Below, in pieces: positions 58,757 through 64,000 of a DNA stretch of 64,000 nt. The translations under genes and the position numbers were made by a program. Source of the stretch: Candidatus Latescibacterota bacterium (lineage in GTDB: Bacteria; Latescibacterota; UBA2968; GCA-2709665); NCBI GenBank assembly GCA_965203805.1, contig OZ241917.1, forward strand, positions 4,896,001 through 4,960,000. Reading direction: 5' to 3'. Each line of letters starts with the position of its first letter. Positions within the stretch are counted from its first letter, which is position 1. Below the pieces are notes generated by a model that was not told the DNA's origin, ran no database searches, and saw nothing but the letters and a program-made list of their open reading frames with translations.

Positions 58757-61549
58757 ATGTTACGAATCGTGATCATGCTGTTGTCTGCCGCATTGGCGCT
58801 TTCACTCTCCGCTGAGGAGATGGGAGTTGCTCGGGGACTGATTGTCGACGGCGAGACAGGCGAGCCGCTCGTTGGGGCCAACCTGATCGTCTACGACGCC
58901 GGGGGCCGGCCGGCCTTCGGCACGACAACCAACCTGGACGGAAGGTTCAGCCTCAGATTGCCATCCGGCAGGCACAGCATCGAGATTTCCTATGTGTCCT
59001 ACGCGACGAAAACGGTTACCGGCGTTGAGGTAAACACCGACCGGCCGTTCCAACTCAGCGAAGCGCTTACGCCGGAAGCCATCGAAGTCCAGGCGATTAC
59101 GGTCACGGCTAGGCCCGAGCGCTCCAGCGAAGTATCGATGCTGGTTATCCAGCAGAAGGCCGGCGTGGTAACCGACGGCATCAGTTCGGAACTGATGAGC
59201 AAGGCGTCGTCTTCGGACGCCGGGGACGCGCTCAAGAGGGTGACTGGTATTACCGTGGTGGGCGGGCGCTACGTATACGTGCGCGGCCTGGGAGAACGTT
59301 ACAGCAATACACAGGTCAATGGCGCGCAGATGCCCAGCCCCGAGCCGAACCGGCGCGTGGTTCCCATGGACATTTTTCCGGCGGGACTCCTTGAAAATAT
59401 CCAGGTGGCCAAGACCTTCTCTCCCGACCAGCCGGGCGACTTCTCGGGCGGGTCGGTCCAGATCAGAACCAAGGACTTTCCGGACCAACTGACGCTCTCG
59501 CTCTCGGCCTCGACCAGTTTCCATACACAAACCAGCTTCAAAGATATCCAGAGCTATACGGGCGGTTCCTGGGACTTCCTGGGCGTGGATGACGGCGGCC
59601 GAGACCTGCCGGGTTTGGTAAGAACCCAGGCCTCCGAACAGGCGGTCCGCAAGCGCGGGCGCTTTTCCACCTCGGGGTTTACGTCTAAGGAAATTCAAAC
59701 TTTCGGTCGGTCATTCAGCAATGTCTGGTCACCTGAAACGCGGACGGCTCCTTTGAACCAGAGCTACAGCTTCAGCGTCGGAAACGCCCTTTCTTCCGAA
59801 AACAGGGAACTGGGCTTCGTGCTGTCCCTGACGTACGACAACAGCTACAGGAACGGGAGCCAGGAATGGAACAGCTACCGGCTCACGGCCAGGGACGGGC
59901 GCGAATTCCTCTCGCCATTCACGAGTTACACAGTCAGCGGCACCACGAATAACGTGCTGTGGGGCGCCCTATTCAACAGCAGCTTCCGTTTCTCGCCGCT
60001 TCACAAGATCAGCCTGAAGACAATCTACAACCGCAACACCGACGACGAAGCCCGCGGTTATACCGGGTTCAACTCCGACCGCGGCACCGACCTTCGCAAC
60101 TTCAGGCTTCGCTTCGTGGAGCGCGGCGTTTTTACGGGGCAGCTTGGCGGGGAACATCACCTCGACCCCCTGTTTAAGTCGAACCTGAACTGGCAGGTCG
60201 GCTTTGCCGAAGCCACGCGCGACGAACCTGACAACCGCGAAGTCGTTTACGAAATGCGGAATCAGCGTTGGACCTTTTTCGACATCACCCAGAGCGGAAG
60301 CCGGTTCTATTTCGATCTTGCGGACCGGGAGTGGAGCGCAAAGCTCGACTGGACGGCGCCAATAAAATCTCCCGCCGGCCTGCCCGCCAAATTCAAACTC
60401 GGGGGTGTCCGGCGAATGAAAGACCGCACCTTCGACGCCCGGCGCTTCCGCTTCGAACAGTCCAGCGCAATCCAGCGGCACGTGGACCTGACGGCAGACC
60501 CGGAAATCATCTTTGCGGAGGAGAATATCGCGCCCGGGCGCTTCGAACTCAGGGAAACCACCCGCGCCAACGACAACTATTCGGCCAGGCAGGATCTCCG
60601 GGCGGGTTATATGATGGTGGACATGCCCGTCGCGGCATCGTGGCGCCTGGTGACCGGCATCAGGGTTGAATCATCCAGACAGGAACTGAGATCATTCGAC
60701 CCATTCGCGGTCAACACCGAGCCCATCGTGGTCATACTTGACAACACCGATCTGCTGCCGGGCGTCAATCTCGTACGGCGCCTTTCCGACCGGTCCAATC
60801 TGCGGGCAGCCTATTCCCGCACCCTCGCGCGACCGGATTTCCGGGAACTGGCTCCCTTCGAATTCACCGACTTCGTGGGTGGCCGGGCGGTCGTCGGGGA
60901 CACGTCGCTGACCCGCACCGTTGTCGACAACTACGATCTCCGATGGGAGAACTTTCCCAGACTGGGCGAGCTGGCGGCGGTCAGCGTTTTCTACAAGAAA
61001 TTCCACGATCCCATCGAGCAAATCATCCAGCCCACCGCCCAACTCCGGGTCAGCTATGCAAATGCGGCATCTGCCAACAACTACGGCGTCGAGTTCGAGT
61101 ACCGCCGCAGACTGGACGCCCTCGTTCCCGACCTGGAGAATCTCTCGTTGAGCGCGAACGTTACGCTGGTCAAGTCCAAGGTGGAAATCGATCCCTCCAG
61201 CGGGGTGCAGACCTCTTCCGAACGGGCACTGCAGGGCCAGTCGCCCTTCGTGGTCAACGTGATTCTGGGTTACGACAATGTCGAAGCGGGCGCGTCGGCG
61301 AATCTGCTATACAACGTGGTCGGTCGGCGTATCAGCGAAGTAGGCGCCCAGAGACTGCCGGACGTTTTCGAACAGCCCCGCCACCAGGTCGATTTTACGT
61401 TCAAGCAGAGAATAACGCCCGTTGTGAGGCTCAAACTTTCCGCGAAAAACCTGCTCGACTCGACCGTCCTCTACAAGCAGCAGCAGGAAGTTTTCACACG
61501 GTACAAAAGAGGTCGGTCCATCTCCGTCGGAATCGTCTACGATCTCTAG
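58757..61549 (+). CDS. TonB-dependent receptor
   Basis: Signal peptide, VYVRGLGERYS, AKTFSPDQPGDFSGG, RPDFRELAPF. Confidence 0.93.
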   Translation: MLRIVIMLLSAALALSLSAEEMGVARGLIVDGETGEPLVGANLIVYDAGGRPAFGTTTNLDGRFSLRLPSGRHSIEISYVSYATKTVTGVEVNTDRPFQLSEALTPEAIEVQAITVTARPERSSEVSMLVIQQKAGVVTDGISSELMSKASSSDAGDALKRVTGITVVGGRYVYVRGLGERYSNTQVNGAQMPSPEPNRRVVPMDIFPAGLLENIQVAKTFSPDQPGDFSGGSVQIRTKDFPDQLTLSLSASTSFHTQTSFKDIQSYTGGSWDFLGVDDGGRDLPGLVRTQASEQAVRKRGRFSTSGFTSKEIQTFGRSFSNVWSPETRTAPLNQSYSFSVGNALSSENRELGFVLSLTYDNSYRNGSQEWNSYRLTARDGREFLSPFTSYTVSGTTNNVLWGALFNSSFRFSPLHKISLKTIYNRNTDDEARGYTGFNSDRGTDLRNFRLRFVERGVFTGQLGGEHHLDPLFKSNLNWQVGFAEATRDEPDNREVVYEMRNQRWTFFDITQSGSRFYFDLADREWSAKLDWTAPIKSPAGLPAKFKLGGVRRMKDRTFDARRFRFEQSSAIQRHVDLTADPEIIFAEENIAPGRFELRETTRANDNYSARQDLRAGYMMVDMPVAASWRLVTGIRVESSRQELRSFDPFAVNTEPIVVILDNTDLLPGVNLVRRLSDRSNLRAAYSRTLARPDFRELAPFEFTDFVGGRAVVGDTSLTRTVVDNYDLRWENFPRLGELAAVSVFYKKFHDPIEQIIQPTAQLRVSYANAASANNYGVEFEYRRRLDALVPDLENLSLSANVTLVKSKVEIDPSSGVQTSSERALQGQSPFVVNVILGYDNVEAGASANLLYNVVGRRISEVGAQRLPDVFEQPRHQVDFTFKQRITPVVRLKLSAKNLLDSTVLYKQQQEVFTRYKRGRSISVGIVYDL

Positions 61550-61647
61550 AGACCGGCCGCCGAGGGGCGGGCTGACTGGCGTTCCATCCATCGCATTCAC
61601 AGGGGATAGTCCCCAGGAGTAAACCTCAATCACCAAGGAGTCGCGCT

Positions 61648-63135
61648 GTGACGTTGACAACACGTTTTGCACTTTTCGTCTTCCTGACGCTGGGCTTTCC
61701 CGCTTTGCTTCAGGCGCAGACCATGTCCCCGGCCCGGGTCGATTTCGACGGCGACGGTTCGATCGGGTTCGGGGATTTCATTCTGTTCAGCCAGTATTTT
61801 CAGTCCGACCACCCGATGTACGATCTAAGCGGCGACGGCGCGGTGGGTTTTCCCGACTTTGTCGCATTCGCGAGCGCCTTCGGTCAGACAGTCGCCCGGA
61901 TGGAACGACCGGGAATGGTCTCTGGCAATATCACCTCGAACGAAGTCTGGACCTCGGACCGCGACTATCTGCTCTCCGGTCCGGTCTTCGTCCGGGACGG
62001 CGCCACCCTCATTATCATGCCCGGCACGACGGTCTATGGCGAGGGGGCAACCAACGGCACGCTGATCGTCGCGCAGGGCGGCAAACTCATCGCTGACGGA
62101 ACTGCTCGAAATCCGATCGTGTTCACGAGCGATCAGTTCGAGGGCGAACGAGACAGGGGGCAGTGGGGCGGTCTGATCATCAATGGCCGTGCGCCGGTCA
62201 ACACGGGGCTGCCCGCTTTCGGCGAGGGCGACACGGGCGAATACGGCGGCACAGACCCGGAGGACAGCAGCGGCATCCTGCGCTACGTCCGAGTGGAGTT
62301 CGCCGGCATCGAGTTTTCTCCGGACAACGAACTGAACGGCATCGCCTTTCAGGGGGTGGGTTCGGGCACGGTGGTGGAGCACGTACAGGTGCACTTCAAC
62401 CAGGACGACGGCATCGAGTTCTTCGGCGGGACGGTCAACGCCAAGTATCTGATATGCACGGGGATCCGGGACGACTCGTTCGACTGGACGGACGGATGGA
62501 CGGGCAAGGGACAGTTCTGGGTGGCGCAGCAGCGCGGCGACGACGCGGACAACGGGTTCGAAGCCGACAACAACGGCGACGACAACGAGGCGAGCCCGCG
62601 TTCGAACCCGACGATCTACAACGTGACGGTGGTAGGGGATCCGGACGGACCGGAAAGCGATACGGGTCTGCTGCTACGCGAGGGCACGGCGGCGACGCTG
62701 CGAAACTTTATCGTGATCGGGTTCAACGCGGGCGGCCTTGACGTCGATACGGAATCGTCGATCACACTGGCAAACAACGGTGATCTGTCGTTGCGGAACT
62801 CGATTTTCTACAACAACGCGACGGACGTGGACGAGCAGGGCATGCGTACGATGGGCAATTTCAACACGGACGGCGACGGGTTCGACGAGGGGACGTGGGC
62901 GATGATGTCGGGCTTCGACAACTCGGATGCGGACCCGGACCTGCGGGCGCCTTACAGCATTCGCTCGCCCAGCTTCCAGCCGTCTTCCTCTTCGCCGGCG
63001 GTGAACGGGTCGGTGCCCGTCGCGAGTCCGCCTTCGGACGGGTTCTTCGAAGCCGTGGACTTTATCGGCGCGATGAGTGCGGACGACGACTGGACCGCGG
63101 GATGGATCACGACGGAACAGCCCGCGGGAGAGTAG
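61648..63135 (+). CDS. Secreted protein with EF-hand/dockerin-like repeats and a beta-helix (pectin-lyase-like) domain
   Basis: DFDGDGSIGFGDF and DLSGDGAVGFPDF; PIVFTS, WGGLII, SGILRYVRVEFAG, DDGIEFFGG. Confidence 0.85.
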   Translation: MTLTTRFALFVFLTLGFPALLQAQTMSPARVDFDGDGSIGFGDFILFSQYFQSDHPMYDLSGDGAVGFPDFVAFASAFGQTVARMERPGMVSGNITSNEVWTSDRDYLLSGPVFVRDGATLIIMPGTTVYGEGATNGTLIVAQGGKLIADGTARNPIVFTSDQFEGERDRGQWGGLIINGRAPVNTGLPAFGEGDTGEYGGTDPEDSSGILRYVRVEFAGIEFSPDNELNGIAFQGVGSGTVVEHVQVHFNQDDGIEFFGGTVNAKYLICTGIRDDSFDWTDGWTGKGQFWVAQQRGDDADNGFEADNNGDDNEASPRSNPTIYNVTVVGDPDGPESDTGLLLREGTAATLRNFIVIGFNAGGLDVDTESSITLANNGDLSLRNSIFYNNATDVDEQGMRTMGNFNTDGDGFDEGTWAMMSGFDNSDADPDLRAPYSIRSPSFQPSSSSPAVNGSVPVASPPSDGFFEAVDFIGAMSADDDWTAGWITTEQPAGE

Positions 63136-63160
63136 ACACGACTCTCCGGGCGGAAAGTTG

Positions 63161-63208
63161 AAAAAAGGGGGAGGAAACCTCGCTCCCATCTCGCTCCCCT
63201 CCCCCTTT
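63161..63208 (+). terminator. Possible terminator hairpin
   Basis: AAAGGGGGAGG...CCTCCCCCTTT inverted repeat after the stop codon. Confidence 0.45.
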
Positions 63209-63253
63209 GAAGCTGTCTTGAAAACCCGGCGGTTGTCGCTCGGATCCAAAAGC

Positions 63254-63288
63254 GCCTGCCTGCGCAGCGTACTGCGCTGCAGGCAGGC
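63254..63288. repeat. REP/MITE-like palindrome, inverted copy of the 2891 element
   Basis: gcctgcctgcgcagcgtactgcgctgcaggcaggc. Confidence 0.75.
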
Positions 63289-63474
63289 CGGCCGGGAACG
63301 CACCAGGGATTTTGAGACAGTTTCCAGGAGACCGGACGGGCTCGAACGAAGCGTGACCGCTTCAGCGCCTGTTCGGTCTTTCTTGTCTTTTTTGCCGGTT
63401 CAACGTATTATTCAGTTGGAGATGCGATGATTTTTTTCAATGGAGAAAGAAACGGTCGTCGTAGCTTATTCTCA

Positions 63475-63945
63475 ATGACGAAGCGGATTTTCCGGGGCGC
63501 GCTCGCCGTCCTGCTGGCATCGGGTTGCGTCGACACCAATGGGGATACGGACTCGCCGGAGGGGCTCGCACGCGCGGTCGTCGCCGCCCTCAACAAGGAA
63601 GACATCGCGGCGCTTCATAGCCTCCGGGTCCACAGGGAAGAATACCTCAAGAACATCCTGCCGGCATTTCCACCCATCAATTTCTCTCCGGAATTCGCCT
63701 GGAACAACCTGAACAAGAGATCCATCATCGGCGTGAACAAATGGATCAGACGATACGGAGGAGAGAGCCTGAGTTTTGCCGGCATCCGTTTCGAGAAGCC
63801 GGAGGAAACCTATAAGGGTCTGAAACTCCTGCGTGGGACCGTGTTGAGCGTGCGAACCCAGAGGGGCAAACACGTGGATCTGCGCATCCTCGGATCGGTG
63901 GTTCTCAGAGACGGCCGGTACAGGCTTCTGAGCTATGACGACTGA
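63475..63945 (+). CDS. Hypothetical lipoprotein
   Basis: Lipobox-like LLASGC after a hydrophobic stretch. Confidence 0.7.
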   Translation: MTKRIFRGALAVLLASGCVDTNGDTDSPEGLARAVVAALNKEDIAALHSLRVHREEYLKNILPAFPPINFSPEFAWNNLNKRSIIGVNKWIRRYGGESLSFAGIRFEKPEETYKGLKLLRGTVLSVRTQRGKHVDLRILGSVVLRDGRYRLLSYDD

Positions 63946-64000
63946 ACGAAATGCCTTCAGGGAAGCGCGAAACAGGCTGATGTCTCTGGGCATCGGCCTT

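Noticed and set aside
63935-64000. Possible next gene starting MTTERNAFREARNRL
   Set aside because: Only 22 codons visible; cannot be supported or assigned.

Overview
Bacterial genomic window. The flanks are GC-rich and the lower-GC centre is an accessory/defence island at about 7.9-29.9 kb. Left flank: a secreted metzincin protease (missed by the ORF track because it runs off the edge), a HigBA-type TA pair, a ceramidase-like protein and an S9 peptidase. Island: a truncated DUF4258 toxin with a YgiT-zinc-finger/HEPN-like fusion, a DUF5131 (Gp37/Gp68) gene, a proteasome-beta-like Ntn-hydrolase plus a 66-aa partner, a WHGYP toxin-like gene plus a beta-rich partner, an SDH/ClpP-fold protease plus a 66-aa partner, a CapH/CapP-regulated CBASS operon (patatin effector, CD-NTase, E2/SEC-C protein), a helicase-less Type ISP/IIG-like R-M gene, a Dsr1-like SIR2 protein, MntA/HepT and an orphan AAA ATPase. 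Degenerate copies of the ends of two 'anchor' genes (DUF5131 3' end, methyltransferase 5' end) bracket cargo cassettes. A second accessory patch at 35.5-43.3 kb holds MazEF, TA remnants, DUF3800, an XRE-regulated gene and a nonsense-split AlbA/HATPase gene. The right part is housekeeping: two PhyH dioxygenases, pspA, coxDEF-like genes, NUDIX, pstSCAB-phoU, a porin and a TonB receptor module with 11-bp-phased Pho-box-like arrays. Several REP/MITE-like palindrome families occur, some nested. I saw no tRNA, rRNA, CRISPR array or integrase. All family assignments come from motif recognition by eye; no database search was run.
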